Under the pieces are notes generated by a model. That model ran no database searches. It was not told where the DNA came from and worked only from the letters and a program-made list of their open reading frames with translations. From NCBI RefSeq assembly GCF_055900595.2, contig NZ_CM148325.1: 64,000 nt of DNA. One strand, 5' to 3'. A program made the position numbers and the translations under genes. The number at the start of each line of letters is the position of its first letter. The first letter of the stretch is position 1. Positions 36,840 through 50,615 of the stretch are shown here, piece by piece.

Positions 36840-36871
36840 GTTACCTCCTGTAAATGCCTTGCCAAAGCGGA

Positions 36872-37246
36872 TTAATTCCCTTCCGCAGGCACCGTTTTAT
36901 CCGTCTGCGCAATTAACGCATGTAAAAAAGGTTGCGCGTTTTCATCGCTCTTACCGGGCATCTTCACGATATACGGCTTCCCGGTAATCGATGATGACGA
37001 AGCAACCTTATCAATAAATTGCTCAGCAGTATCAATGCGATTACGGGTATTGCCCAGCTTCAGACGCAAATGGGAAACCGCTTCATCGCAGGTATGTTCA
37101 TCGCCGTTGCGCACAAATATCAAATCCTTTTTCTGTGCTAATCCCTCCAGCATGGCGTTGATGCGGGCTTCTTCGTGGGCGGTTAACTTCGCGTAAGCGG
37201 GGAGTGTCATTAGCAGCGTAATGACCAGACAAATGATTTTCTTCAT
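36872..37246 (-). CDS. yfeK: exported protein YfeK
   Basis: 124-aa ORF with signal peptide; synteny. Confidence 0.85.
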   Translation of the reverse strand: MKKIICLVITLLMTLPAYAKLTAHEEARINAMLEGLAQKKDLIFVRNGDEHTCDEAVSHLRLKLGNTRNRIDTAEQFIDKVASSSSITGKPYIVKMPGKSDENAQPFLHALIAQTDKTVPAEGN

Positions 37247-37271
37247 TGAATTACCTTATCCTTGTTTTGTG

Positions 37272-37337
<66 letters not shown>

Positions 37338-37350
37338 GAGAAAAAATTAA

Positions 37351-38202
37351 ATGAGTAGTTTGTTGTTGTTTAACGATAAGAGCAGGGCATTGCAGGCGGA
37401 TATCGTCGCCGTGCAGTCGCAGGTAGTGTACGGCAGCGTAGGCAACAGCATTGCCGTGCCTGCTATCAAACAGAACGGCCTGAATGTCTTTGCCGTGCCG
37501 ACGGTATTGCTGAGCAATACGCCGCATTATGACACTTTCTACGGTGGTGCGATTCCGGACGAATGGTTTAGCGGTTATTTGCGTGCGCTTCAGGAGCGTG
37601 ATGCGCTGCGCCAGCTGCGCGCTGTCACCACGGGCTATATGGGAACGGCATCGCAAATCAAAATCCTTGCCGAGTGGCTGACTGCGCTACGCAAAGACCA
37701 TCCTGACTTATTGATTATGGTCGATCCGGTGATTGGCGATATTGATAGCGGAATTTATGTCAAACCTGACCTTCCTGAGGCATACCGACAATATTTACTG
37801 CCTCTGGCGCAGGGTATTACGCCTAATATCTTTGAGCTGGAAATCCTGACCGGTAAAGATTGCCGCGATCTCGACAGTGCCATTGCCGCAGCAAAAAGTC
37901 TGCTTTCAGACACCTTAAAATGGGTGGTCATTACCAGCGCCTCCGGTAACGAAGAAAATCAGGAGATGCAGGTGGTGGTGGTCAGTGCCGACAGCGTGAA
38001 TGTCATTTCCCATTCTCGGGTAAAGACGGATCTTAAAGGAACAGGCGATCTGTTTTGCGCCCAGCTTATCAGTGGCTTGTTGAAAGGTAAGGAATTAACT
38101 GACGCGGTACATAGCGCGGGATTACGCGTGCTGCAGGTGATGCGCTATACCCAGCAGCATGGTAGTGATGAATTGATTTTGCCGCCCCTGACGGAAGCAT
38201 AA
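37351..38202 (+). CDS. pdxK: pyridoxal/pyridoxine/pyridoxamine kinase
   Basis: 283-aa ORF; ribokinase-like PdxK sequence; synteny next to crr. Confidence 0.92.
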   Translation: MSSLLLFNDKSRALQADIVAVQSQVVYGSVGNSIAVPAIKQNGLNVFAVPTVLLSNTPHYDTFYGGAIPDEWFSGYLRALQERDALRQLRAVTTGYMGTASQIKILAEWLTALRKDHPDLLIMVDPVIGDIDSGIYVKPDLPEAYRQYLLPLAQGITPNIFELEILTGKDCRDLDSAIAAAKSLLSDTLKWVVITSASGNEENQEMQVVVVSADSVNVISHSRVKTDLKGTGDLFCAQLISGLLKGKELTDAVHSAGLRVLQVMRYTQQHGSDELILPPLTEA

Positions 38203-38231
38203 AAAAATGGCGCCCATCGGCGCCATTTTTC
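38201..38231. terminator. bidirectional terminator between convergent pdxK and crr
   Basis: Perfect hairpin atggcgcc-catc-ggcgccat flanked by an A-run on one side and a T-run on the other. Confidence 0.7.
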
Positions 38232-38244
38232 ACTGCGGCAAGAA

Positions 38245-38754
38245 TTATTTCTTGATGCGAATAACCGGAGTTTCACCCACAGTCACGCTACCGGACAGTT
38301 TGATCAGTTCTTTGATTTCGTCCATGTTGGAGATAACAACCGGAGTCAGGGTAGACTTGGCTTTCTCTTCCAGCAGCGGCAGATCGAATTCAATCACAGT
38401 ATCGCCAACTTTCACGCGCTGACCTTCTTCAGCAATACGCTTGAAGCCTTCGCCTTTCAGTTCAACAGTGTCGATACCGAAGTGAACGAACAACTCAACG
38501 CCGCTATCAGATTCGATAGAGAACGCGTGGTTGGTTTCAAAGATTTTACCAATGGTGCCGTCTACAGGCGCGACCATTTTGTTACCAGTTGGTTTGATAG
38601 CAATACCATCACCAACGATTTTTTCCGCAAAAACGACATCCGGCACGTCTTCGATATTGACGATCTCGCCAGAGAGCGGAGCAATGATCTCAATAGTTCC
38701 GGTATCCTTCTTGTCGTCGGAAACCAGAGATTTCAGTTTATCGAACAAACCCAT
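38245..38754 (-). CDS. crr: PTS glucose-specific EIIA (EIIA-Glc)
   Basis: 169-aa [42 protein letters not shown]... Confidence 0.95.
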
Positions 38755-38794
38755 GATCTTCTCCTAAGCAGTAAATTGGGCCGCATCTCGTGGA

Positions 38795-40522
38795 TTAGCA
38801 GATTGTTTTTTCTTCAATGAACTTGTTAACCAGCGTCATTAACTCGTCCGTTGTCGGTTGAGCAAGAGCCTGCTCTGCTAACACCTTCGCATCTTCGAAG
38901 TTCGTGTTACGGATAATCTTCTTAATGCGCGGGATAGAAATGGCGCTCATAGAGAATTCGTCCAGACCCATCCCCAGCAACAGAAGTGTAGCACGTTCAT
39001 CGCCAGCAAGCTCACCACACATGCCAGTCCATTTGCCTTCAGCATGAGAAGCATCAATAACTTGCTTGATCAAGTTCAGCACGGACGGTGACATTGGCTG
39101 GTAAAGGTGTGAAATCATATCATTACCACGGTCAACTGCCAGAGTGTACTGCGTTAAATCATTGGTGCCGATACTAAAGAAATCAACTTCTTTGGCTAAA
39201 TGACGTGCAATTGTTGCGGCCGCTGGTGTTTCCACCATTACGCCGATTTCAATTGACTCGTCAAACGCTTTACCTTCGTCGCGCAGTTCCTGTTTGTAGA
39301 TTTCGATCTCTTTGCGCAGTGCACGCACTTCTTCAACAGAGATGATCATCGGGAACATGATGCGCAATTTACCGAAAGCAGAGGCACGCAGGATAGCGCG
39401 GAGCTGATCGCGCAGGATCTCTTTACGATCCATCGCGATACGGATAGCGCGCCAGCCGAGGAACGGGTTCTCTTCTTTCGGGAAGTTCATGTATGGCAGC
39501 TCTTTGTCGCCGCCGATGTCCATGGTACGAACGATAACCGCTTGTGAGCCACACGCTTCAGCTACTGCTTTGTAAGCAGCAAACTGTTCTTCTTCAGTGG
39601 GCAGCGCGTCGCGGTCCATGAACAGGAACTCAGTACGATACAGACCAACGCCTTCAGCGCCGTTACGCTCTGCACCTTCAACGTCACGAACCGTACCGAT
39701 GTTAGCGCACACTTCTACCTGGTGACCGTCCAGCGTAATAGCTGGCAGATCTTTCAGTTTAGCAAGCTCTGCTTTTTCAGAAGCCACTTGCTCCTGAACA
39801 GCGCGCATTTTATCAATAACTTCGTTGGTTGGATTGACGTAAACCTGATTATTTACGGCATCCAGAATCAGATAGTCGTCATTTTTCACCTGAGAGGTGA
39901 CGCTACCGGTACCCACGATAGCAGGCAGTTCCAGAGAACGCGCCATGATAGAGGTGTGGGAAGTACGGCCACCCGCGTCGGTGATGAAACCCAGCACCTT
40001 CTTCAGGTTCAGCTGTGCGGTTTCGGACGGCGTCAGATCAGCGGCAACCAGAATGACTTCATCCTGAATGGCGCTCAGGTCGATAATCTTCAGGCCCAGG
40101 ATGTTGCGCAGCAGGCGCTTACCGATATCACGTACGTCAGCCGCACGCTCTTTCAGGTATTCATCATCCAGCTCTTCCAGGGCAGAAGCCTGACCTTCGA
40201 TAACTTCATGAGCAGCTGCGTCAGCTGTCATGTGCTTATCTTTAATCAGGGCTATGATTTCCTGCTCCAGCTCCTCATCTTCGAGTAGCATAATATGCCC
40301 TTCAAAGATGGCTTCTTTTTCTTCACCGAACGTTTCACCAGCTTTCGTTTTGATCGTTTCCAGCTGGGCTGATGCCTTGGCACGACCGCTCAGAAAACGT
40401 TCAACTTCCTGATCAACCTGGTCGGCAGAAATTTTTTTCCGGTCAATGACAATTTCGTCTTCTTTCAGAAGCAGAGCTTTACCGAAAGCGATACCCGGGG
40501 ATGCTAAAATGCCTGAAATCAT
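38795..40522 (-). CDS. ptsI: PTS enzyme I
   Basis: 575-aa [28 protein letters not shown]... Confidence 0.95.
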   Translation of the reverse strand: MISGILASPGIAFGKALLLKEDEIVIDRKKISADQVDQEVERFLSGRAKASAQLETIKTKAGETFGEEKEAIFEGHIMLLEDEELEQEIIALIKDKHMTADAAAHEVIEGQASALEELDDEYLKERAADVRDIGKRLLRNILGLKIIDLSAIQDEVILVAADLTPSETAQLNLKKVLGFITDAGGRTSHTSIMARSLELPAIVGTGSVTSQVKNDDYLILDAVNNQVYVNPTNEVIDKMRAVQEQVASEKAELAKLKDLPAITLDGHQVEVCANIGTVRDVEGAERNGAEGVGLYRTEFLFMDRDALPTEEEQFAAYKAVAEACGSQAVIVRTMDIGGDKELPYMNFPKEENPFLGWRAIRIAMDRKEILRDQLRAILRASAFGKLRIMFPMIISVEEVRALRKEIEIYKQELRDEGKAFDESIEIGVMVETPAAATIARHLAKEVDFFSIGTNDLTQYTLAVDRGNDMISHLYQPMSPSVLNLIKQVIDASHAEGKWTGMCGELAGDERATLLLLGMGLDEFSMSAISIPRIKKIIRNTNFEDAKVLAEQALAQPTTDELMTLVNKFIEEKTIC

Positions 40523-40566
40523 AACCCTACCTTACTTGTGACTGATTTTTAAAAGAACCCGGGAAA

Positions 40567-40824
40567 TTACTCGAGTTCCGCCATCAGTTTAACCAGATGT
40601 TCAACCGCTTTCTGTTCGTCTTCGCCTTCTGCGGAGATAGTCACAACGGTACCTTGAGTCAGGCCCAGAGTCTGCAGTTTAAACAGGCTTTTCGCGCTGG
40701 CGCTTTTGCCGTTGGAAGTCACAGTAATTTCAGAAGTGAAGCCCTTAGCTTCTTTTACAAACTGGGCAGCAGGGCGGGTGTGCAGACCGTTCGGAGCGGT
40801 AATGGTAACTTCTTGCTGGAACAT
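40567..40824 (-). CDS. ptsH: PTS phosphocarrier protein HPr
   Basis: 85-aa [32 protein letters not shown]... with active-site His15. Confidence 0.95.
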
Positions 40825-41156
40825 TGTATTTCCCCAACTTATAGGTTTAGTGTTGTGGAACTAAAGTCTAGCCTGGCGGTTCGACTTTAGCCTGTATTGT
40901 TAGCGCCAGTTTTTAACAGACGCGACGCACGAAGAGCGCAATACAGTCCTTTGCTGGCGGGTGTTGACCGCTGACGTTTCGTACGTCATTAAACATTATG
41001 CCGCTAAAGGAAGAATTGAACCAAATCATAAAATCGATTCAGCTATGGCTTTTCCTGTAACGATTAATTTCGCGCATCAAAATAATTAGTCTGGTTAAAT
41101 ACCAGTTCCGACAGGCTGAATCAATGCCAGGAGGGGCGAAAGTTTGAAGCAGGCCA

Positions 41157-41187
41157 CAAAAAAGCACCTGAAAAGGTGCTTTTTTAC
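41157..41187. terminator. rho-independent terminator downstream of cysK
   Basis: Hairpin agcacctg-aa-aaggtgct flanked by A- and T-runs, 20 bp beyond the cysK stop. Confidence 0.65.
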
Positions 41188-41207
41188 GCATTTTTAACAA
41201 GCTGGCA

Positions 41208-42179
41208 TTACTGTTGCAATTCTTTCTCAGTGAAGAGATCGGCAAACAATGCGGTGCTTAAATAACGCTCACCCGATGACGGTAGAATAACCACAATATT
41301 CTTGTTGGTAAAGCTTTCATCTTCTTGTAGTTTCAACGCTGCAGCAACAGCCGCTCCAGAAGAGATACCTGCAAGAATACCTTCCTCTTCCATCAGACGA
41401 CGCGCGGTAGAAATAGCTTCTTCATTGGTGATGCCAATGACTTTATCGACCAGCTTGAGATCAAGATTAGCCGGGATAAAACCAGCGCCAATCCCCTGAA
41501 TTTTATGCGGGCCAGGTTTAATCTCTTCACCTGCCAGCGCCTGGGCGATAACCGGAGAATCGGTTGGCTCCACGGCGACAGAGATGAGATCAGTCTTGCC
41601 TTTAGTGCCTTTAATGTAGCGGCTGACGCCGGTCAGCGTACCGCCAGTCCCAACACCAGCAATAAATACATCAACCTGACCGTCGGTATCTTCCCAGATC
41701 TCCGGACCGGTGGTTTTTTCGTGAATTTCAGGGTTTGCCGGATTGCTGAATTGTTGCAGCAGTAGGTATTTCTCTGGATTGCTGGCGACAATTTCTTCTG
41801 CTTTTTGGATTGCGCCTTTCATGCCTTTAGCACCTTCGGTCAGCACCAGGTTTGCACCTAACGCTTTCAGCAGCTTGCGGCGTTCAATACTCATGGTTTC
41901 TGGCATGGTCAGGGTGAGTTTGTAACCGCGAGCGGCAGCCACATAGGCCAGTGCAATCCCGGTATTACCGCTGGTTGGTTCAACCAGTTCAACGCCTGGT
42001 TTCAGCACGCCGCGCTTTTCGGCATCCCAAATCATATTGGCACCGATACGGCACTTAACGCTGAAGCTGGGGTTACGAGATTCCACCTTCGCCAGAATGC
42101 GTCCGTTACCGATGCGATTCAGGCGAACCAGCGGTGTGTGACCGATAGTCAGCGAGTTATCTTCAAAAATCTTACTCAT
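41208..42179 (-). CDS. cysK: cysteine synthase A (O-acetylserine sulfhydrylase A)
   Basis: 323-aa [27 protein letters not shown]... Confidence 0.95.
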   Translation of the reverse strand: MSKIFEDNSLTIGHTPLVRLNRIGNGRILAKVESRNPSFSVKCRIGANMIWDAEKRGVLKPGVELVEPTSGNTGIALAYVAAARGYKLTLTMPETMSIERRKLLKALGANLVLTEGAKGMKGAIQKAEEIVASNPEKYLLLQQFSNPANPEIHEKTTGPEIWEDTDGQVDVFIAGVGTGGTLTGVSRYIKGTKGKTDLISVAVEPTDSPVIAQALAGEEIKPGPHKIQGIGAGFIPANLDLKLVDKVIGITNEEAISTARRLMEEEGILAGISSGAAVAAALKLQEDESFTNKNIVVILPSSGERYLSTALFADLFTEKELQQ

Positions 42180-42363
42180 GGCCTGTCCTTAACTGTATGA
42201 AATTGGGATACAACAGGTAGCATACCCGCTCAGAGAATATGCGGAAGTAAGGATTTAGCATATCTATATACAGAAGGGAAATAATGACATGCAAGATGGA
42301 ATAAGGGGTGGCATAAGCCACCCCTGTTTCACACAAACGGTTTACAAAATAACCGGTAGATTG

Positions 42364-43125
42364 TTACCGCCACATCGCGTGTTTATCGCGATAGCAATCG
42401 ACCCACATCGCCGTCGCGCCACAAACGGCAACGGGCATAATGAACAGATTAAGCAGCGGGATCATCGTAAACAGGCTGGTTAAAGCACCAAACTGCATAT
42501 TGGTGATTTTGCGTGTGCGCAGGGCGGTGCGCATCTCTTTAAACGGCACTTTGTGGTTATCGAAGGGGTAATCGCAATACTGGATGGCTAACATCCAGGC
42601 GCTAAACAGGAACCACAGTACCGGTGCGACGGTTTGCCCAATGCCAGGGATGAAGTAAAGAATTAGCAATACAATTGCGCGCGGCAGATACCAGGCAAAT
42701 TTTTGCCATTCGCGTTTCATGATTCGCGGCACATCTTTCATGATACCGAAAATTCCGGTATCTGGCGGTGTAGCGCCAGTCAGTCTTGCTTCCAGTTGTT
42801 CAGCCAATAAACCGTTGAACGGAGCAGCAATCCAGTTAGCAATCGTTGAGAAGAAATAGCCAAACACTAACAGCACAGAGATGACAGCCAGGGGCCACAA
42901 CAGATAGCTCAGCCATTGTAACCAGTCCGGAACATAACTCATGAGAGTCGGGATCCAGACATCGAGTTGCGTAAAGAGCCACCAGAATGCGCCCCCCATC
43001 AACAAAATATTGACCAACAGCGGTAAAATAACAAAACGCCGAATCCCAGGTTGCGAGACGAGCTTCCAGCCTTGCGCAAAATAGTAAAAACCGCTGCGTG
43101 GGGCAGATGTGAATGATGAAACCAT
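42364..43125 (-). CDS. cysZ: sulfate transporter CysZ
   Basis: 253-aa membrane ORF; synteny between cysK and zipA. Confidence 0.9.
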
Positions 43126-43354
43126 AATCAGGATGAGCTCCTTTTGACCAATCCCAGGAAAATTCTGCGTATTTTACCGGGTAATTGCGCAATGGACAGT
43201 TAGGATATGTTCGAAAAAACAGCAAAAAGCACGATTTCATCTATCTTTGTGCTGTGAAAGTTAATAGTGCACTTGCACTTGAGGTAATCGGCAAATACTC
43301 TTAGTGAGTAAATGTTTGCCGTGGTGGCAAGGTGTTAGAACAACAGAGAATATA

Positions 43355-44353
43355 ATGATGCAGGATTTGCGTCTGATATTAATCATTGTTGGCGCGATCG
43401 CCATAATCGCTTTACTGGTACATGGTTTCTGGACCAGCCGTAAAGAACGATCTTCTATGTTCCGCGATCGGCCATTAAAACGAATGAAGTCAAAACGTGA
43501 CGACGATTCTTATGACGAGGATGTCGAAGATGATGAGGGCGTTGGTGAGGTTCGTGTTCACCGCGTGAATCATGCCCCGGCTAACGCCCAGGAGCATGAG
43601 GCTGCTCGTCCGTCGCCGCAACACCAGTACCAACCGCCTTATGCGTCTGCGCAGCCGCGTCAACCGGTCCAGCAGCCGCCTGAAGCGCAGGTACCGCCGC
43701 AACATGCTCCGCGTCCAACGCAGCCGGTGCAGCAACCCGTGCAGCAGCCTGCCTATCAGCCTCAGCCTGAACAGCCGTTGCAGCAGCCAGTTTCGCCACA
43801 GGTCGCGTCAGCGCCGCAGCCAGTGCATTCAGCACCGCAACCGGCACAACAGGCTTTCCAGCCTGCAGAACCTGTAGCGGCACCACAGCCTGAGCCTGTA
43901 GCGGAACCGGCTCCAGTTATGGATAAACCGAAGCGCAAAGAAGCGGTGATTATCATGAACGTCGCGGCGCATCATGGTAGCGAGTTAAACGGTGAACTGC
44001 TTCTTAACAGCATTCAACAAGCGGGCTTTATTTTTGGCGATATGAACATTTACCATCGTCATCTTAGCCCGGATGGCAGCGGCCCGGCGTTATTCAGCCT
44101 GGCGAATATGGTGAAACCGGGAACCTTCGATCCTGAAATGAAGGATTTCACTACTCCGGGTGTCACTATCTTTATGCAGGTACCGTCTTACGGTGACGAG
44201 CTGCAGAACTTTAAGCTGATGCTGCAATCTGCGCAGCATATTGCCGATGAAGTGGGCGGTGTAGTGCTTGACGATCAGCGCCGTATGATGACTCCGCAGA
44301 AATTGCGCGAGTACCAGGACATCATCCGCGAAGTCAAAGACGCCAACGCCTGA
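43355..44353 (+). CDS. zipA: cell division protein ZipA
   Basis: Internal ATG of ORF 43304-44353; product [31 protein letters not shown]..., N-terminal TM anchor, P/Q-rich linker, C-terminal FtsZ-binding domain. Confidence 0.92.
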
Positions 44354-44414
44354 TACACTTAAGGCAAATTAACTTATCTTCGAACCCCCGCTTGTCGGGG
44401 GTTTTTAGCATTGA

Positions 44415-46439
<2,025 letters not shown>

Positions 46440-46440
46440 G

Positions 46441-46659
46441 ATGGAAAAAGAGCAGCTGATTGAAATAGCCAATACGATAATGCCGTTTGGCAAATACAAA
46501 GGGCGTCGCTTAATCGACCTGCCGGAGGAGTATCTTCTGTGGTTTGCCCGCAAAGATGAGTTCCCGGCAGGGAAGCTCGGTGAGCTAATGCAAATCACGC
46601 TGCTGATTAAAACCGAGGGGCTGACGCAACTGGTCCAGCCCCTGAAACGCCCACTTTAA
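46441..46659 (+). CDS. ypeB: small protein YpeB (DUF3820-like)
   Basis: Internal ATG of ORF 46348-46659; product MEKEQLIEIANTIMPFGKYKGRRLIDLPEEYLLWFARK... (72 aa); starts 2 nt after ligA stop. Confidence 0.8.
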   Translation: MEKEQLIEIANTIMPFGKYKGRRLIDLPEEYLLWFARKDEFPAGKLGELMQITLLIKTEGLTQLVQPLKRPL

Positions 46660-47654
46660 GCTTTATCGGCGCTGCTTTCCTGCTGCGCCTGTAACTGTTC
46701 GGTCTGGCGTTTGTATCGACGCGCCAGCACCGCACAGACCATCAATTGGATCTGATGGAAAATCATCAGAGGCAGCACCATCATACCGATCACCGATGTG
46801 GGGAACAGAATGTTTGCCATCGGGATGCCATTTGCCAGACTCTTTTTCGAACCACAAAAGACGATAGTAATTTCATCTGCCTTATTGAAGCCCAGTCGGC
46901 GTGCCATAAAGACGTTAACTACAATCACGATAGCCAGAAGAACGCAGCTGACCACCACGATAAACAGCAATGATCCCCAGCCAACTTTATGCCAGATGCC
47001 GTTAACGACGGCTTCGCTGAATGCCGTATAAACCACCAACAGAATGGACGTCTGGTCAGTTTTCGCAATCCATTTTTTATTACGCGACACCCAGTTGCCA
47101 ATCCAAGGGCGGGAAAGATGCCCCAACACAAATGGCAGCAACAGTTGCAGCATAATTTTACCGACCTGCTCAAGGCTGCCCCCTGCACCGTGAACATTCA
47201 TCACCAGACCAACCAGCAATGGTGAAAGGAAAATCCCCAGTAGGCTGGATGCCGACGCAGAACAAACCGCCGCCGCGACGTTACCGCCCGCCATTGACGT
47301 GAAGGCGATTGCAGACTGCACGGTAGCAGGAAGAATGCACAAGTAGAGAAAACCGGAATAGAGCATCGGGTCGACATTTACCGGTTTCCACCAGGCAAAC
47401 AGCACGCCCAAAATTGGGAACAGCACGAAGGTGCTACACATCACCCATAAATGCAGTCGCCAATGACCACCGCCTGCAATAATGGCCTCTCGCGATAACT
47501 TCGCACCGTGCATAAAGAACAGCAGGGCAATAGCTGCGGTAGTCAGATTTTCAAAGAAGGGAACGAAATCGCCCCTGGCCGGAAAGAAAGAGGCCAGCAA
47601 CACCACCGTGATCAGGGTTAAGGTGAAAGGATCGAGGATACGAAAAAGTTTCAT
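46656..47654 (-). CDS. yfeH: bile acid:sodium symporter-family membrane protein YfeH
   Basis: 332-aa polytopic membrane ORF; 3' end overlaps ypeB 3' end by 4 nt. Confidence 0.88.
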   Translation of the reverse strand: MKLFRILDPFTLTLITVVLLASFFPARGDFVPFFENLTTAAIALLFFMHGAKLSREAIIAGGGHWRLHLWVMCSTFVLFPILGVLFAWWKPVNVDPMLYSGFLYLCILPATVQSAIAFTSMAGGNVAAAVCSASASSLLGIFLSPLLVGLVMNVHGAGGSLEQVGKIMLQLLLPFVLGHLSRPWIGNWVSRNKKWIAKTDQTSILLVVYTAFSEAVVNGIWHKVGWGSLLFIVVVSCVLLAIVIVVNVFMARRLGFNKADEITIVFCGSKKSLANGIPMANILFPTSVIGMMVLPLMIFHQIQLMVCAVLARRYKRQTEQLQAQQESSADKA

Positions 47655-47743
47655 AAAGACTCCAGATGATCGATGGTTCTATTGTGCTTCTTCCAGTTTG
47701 AGAAATAAAATCGATTTATTGCATCCATTCATGAAGAAAACAG

Positions 47744-48670
47744 ATGAATTATTCTTTAAAGCAATTAAAGGTTTTCGTCACAGTAGCGCAGGAGAAAAGT
47801 TTTAGTCGTGCAGGAGAGCGTATCGGCCTGAGCCAGTCGGCAGTGAGTCACAGTGTGAAGGAGCTGGAAAATCATACTGGTGTTCGCCTGCTGGACAGAA
47901 CCACGCGTGAAGTGGTGCTTACAGATGCAGGGCAGCAGTTGGCTTTGCGTCTTGAGCGACTGCTGGATGAACTTAACAGCACGTTGCGCGATACCGGGCG
48001 TATGGGGCAACAACTGAGCGGAAAAGTTCGGGTCGCTGCCAGCCAGACCATTTCCGCGCATCTTATTCCGCAATGCATTGCTGAAAGCCATCGCCGCTAT
48101 CCAGATATTCAGTTTGTCCTGCACGATCGTCCGCAGCAGTGGGTGATGGAAAGTATTCGCCAGGGAGATGTCGATTTTGGCATCGTCATCGATCCAGGCC
48201 CAGTGGGCGATCTGCAATGTGAAGCGATTCTTTCCGAGCCTTTCTTTCTGCTTTGCCATCGCGATAGCGCTTTGGCCGTGGAAGATTATGTACCCTGGCA
48301 GGCATTACAGGGAGCGAAATTGGTGTTGCAGGATTACGCGTCAGGCAGCCGACCGCTGATTGACGCAGCGCTGACGCGCAATGGTATTCAGGCGAATATT
48401 GTGCAGGAGATTGGTCATCCGGCGACGCTGTTCCCGATGGTAGCCGCAGGCATCGGCATCAGTATTCTTCCCGCACTGGCGCTACCATTGCCTGAAGGTA
48501 GCCCACTGGTGGTAAAGCGCATTACGCCGGTGGTTGAACGCCAGTTGATGCTGGTGCGCAGGAAGAACCGTTCACTTTCCACCGCCGCTGAAGCGTTATG
48601 GGACGTAGTACGAGACCAGGGCAATGCGCTAATGGCTGGGCGGGAAGGGGATCCGTTGTATCAGATATAG
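47744..48670 (+). CDS. yfeR: LysR-family transcriptional regulator YfeR
   Basis: 308-aa ORF with N-terminal LysR HTH; divergent from yfeH. Confidence 0.88.
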   Translation: MNYSLKQLKVFVTVAQEKSFSRAGERIGLSQSAVSHSVKELENHTGVRLLDRTTREVVLTDAGQQLALRLERLLDELNSTLRDTGRMGQQLSGKVRVAASQTISAHLIPQCIAESHRRYPDIQFVLHDRPQQWVMESIRQGDVDFGIVIDPGPVGDLQCEAILSEPFFLLCHRDSALAVEDYVPWQALQGAKLVLQDYASGSRPLIDAALTRNGIQANIVQEIGHPATLFPMVAAGIGISILPALALPLPEGSPLVVKRITPVVERQLMLVRRKNRSLSTAAEALWDVVRDQGNALMAGREGDPLYQI

Positions 48671-48708
48671 AGTGAATTCATACTGCCGGGAGCTCCGGCA
48701 GTAATCAA

Positions 48709-49473
48709 TCAGAAATTAAATTTGATGGAGTAGATTATCGCATCCTGGTAAAAATCTTCGCCCAGTTTGTCATCCGCATAACGATACTGAATCCCTGTGG
48801 TGATGTGTGAAGTTGCATTCCACCAAAGTGCGACGGCACCGTTCAGACCTTCTTTGCCGCCATTACCTGCCGCGTAGGTGGCATCACGATCAAACTCGTA
48901 CTCGTTCCAGTTGGTGAGGGTGAATTTCTCACTGCCCAGCATAAAGCTGTAACCTGCAACCCAACCGGCGACATAACCGTTATCGCCGGTATAATAGGTT
49001 TGGTCTGTATAGCGTTTTGCAAAGAACGGTTTGAACCACCAACCGCTGCCGGTGAAATTGTAGCCGATCCCGTAAAGGAACATATCGTCATGGAAATTCA
49101 CACGATTCGCAGAACCGTAGGTGCCATACGCATGCAAGTAGAGATTAAATCCGGTGTCACCCAGGTAAATACGGTTGGTATTTTTAAATGTATAACGCTG
49201 CTCGCTACCCTGTTTATCATGACGATCATTATAAAAGTTTTCCCAGTCGAAGAACCCGTACATTTCTCCCCAACTAAAGTTAGCGCCGCCTTCCAGTTCC
49301 AGATATCCAAAATCATCTTTGTGTGATTTGGTCGACGATTTCTCAGTGGTTCTGCTAGTCCAGTCAAGATAATGAATACCTATATCAGCAAAACCGCCTT
49401 TAAATTCTGCATGGGATACTGCTGGTATCGCCAATACAAAAGAGAGTGTCAGAGTAAAAAGATGTTTTTTCAT
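48709..49473 (-). CDS. yfeN: outer-membrane beta-barrel protein YfeN
   Basis: 254-aa ORF with signal peptide and C-terminal aromatic residue (F); synteny. Confidence 0.85.
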   Translation of the reverse strand: MKKHLFTLTLSFVLAIPAVSHAEFKGGFADIGIHYLDWTSRTTEKSSTKSHKDDFGYLELEGGANFSWGEMYGFFDWENFYNDRHDKQGSEQRYTFKNTNRIYLGDTGFNLYLHAYGTYGSANRVNFHDDMFLYGIGYNFTGSGWWFKPFFAKRYTDQTYYTGDNGYVAGWVAGYSFMLGSEKFTLTNWNEYEFDRDATYAAGNGGKEGLNGAVALWWNATSHITTGIQYRYADDKLGEDFYQDAIIYSIKFNF

Positions 49474-49721
49474 AGCATAATTCCCTATGCCGATCGTTAT
49501 TAGTTGATTGCTTAATAAAAAGGTTGATTAAAAGCGGCATATTGTTAATGCAAGGGAAAGGAGAGTACCAATACAGTTTTTTCAGCCTATTAATAGTGAA
49601 AAAATATAAATATATCGATATCGAATAACTATCGGATACATGAAAAAAGTGTATTGGTATGAGGTAGGGCAATCTCGTTATAAAAAGGCGTTAGATTCCA
49701 CCCTACAAAAAAAGGATATAT

Positions 49722-50555
49722 ATGTATCAGGCTCAGTTTTCTCATAACCCACTGTATTGCGTAGATATTATCAAGACTTATAAACCTGATTTCACGCCAC
49801 GAGTGGCCTTTATTTTAGGTTCCGGGCTGGGCGCGCTGGCCGATCAGATTGAGAACGCGGTCGCAATTTCCTACGAAAAGCTGCCTGGGTTCCCGGTAAG
49901 TACCGTACACGGTCATGCGGGTGAGCTGGTGCTGGGTTATCTCCAGGGGGTGCCAGTGGCGTGCATGAAAGGTCGCGGACATTTCTACGAAGGTCGTGGG
50001 ATGACCATCATGACGGATGCAATCCGTACCTTTAAGTTGCTGGGCTGCGAGTTGCTGTTCTGCACCAATGCGGCTGGCTCACTGCATCCTGAAGTGGGGG
50101 CCGGCAGTCTGGTCGCATTGAAAGATCACATCAACACCATGCCGGGAACGCCGATGGTGGGTCTTAATGATGAACGTTTTGGTGAGCGCTTCTTCTCGCT
50201 GGCGAATGCCTACGATGCGGAATACCGCGCACTGTTACAAAAAGTGGCGAAAGAAGAGGGGTTCCCTCTGACGGAGGGCGTGTTCGTCTCGTATCCGGGG
50301 CCGAATTTCGAGACTGCGGCGGAAATTCGCATGATGCAAATTATTGGTGGGGATGTTGTTGGTATGTCTGTGGTGCCTGAGGTTATTTCAGCTCGCCATT
50401 GCGAACTTAAAGTCGTTGCGGTCTCTGCGATTACCAACATGGCGGAAGGTCTGAGTGACGTGAAGCTTTCTCATGCCCAAACGCTGGCAGCAGCGGAACT
50501 CTCAAAGCAAAACTTTATTAATCTTATTTGCGGCTTTCTGCGCAAAATTGCCTGA
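49722..50555 (+). CDS. xapA: xanthosine phosphorylase (purine nucleoside phosphorylase II)
   Basis: 277-aa PNP-family ORF; xapAB-xapR synteny. Confidence 0.92.
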   Translation: MYQAQFSHNPLYCVDIIKTYKPDFTPRVAFILGSGLGALADQIENAVAISYEKLPGFPVSTVHGHAGELVLGYLQGVPVACMKGRGHFYEGRGMTIMTDAIRTFKLLGCELLFCTNAAGSLHPEVGAGSLVALKDHINTMPGTPMVGLNDERFGERFFSLANAYDAEYRALLQKVAKEEGFPLTEGVFVSYPGPNFETAAEIRMMQIIGGDVVGMSVVPEVISARHCELKVVAVSAITNMAEGLSDVKLSHAQTLAAAELSKQNFINLICGFLRKIA

Positions 50556-50615
50556 GTAAAACAACAATAAACGGCCTCACTGAGTGAGGCCATATGATGC
50601 GACAAGGAAACGATT

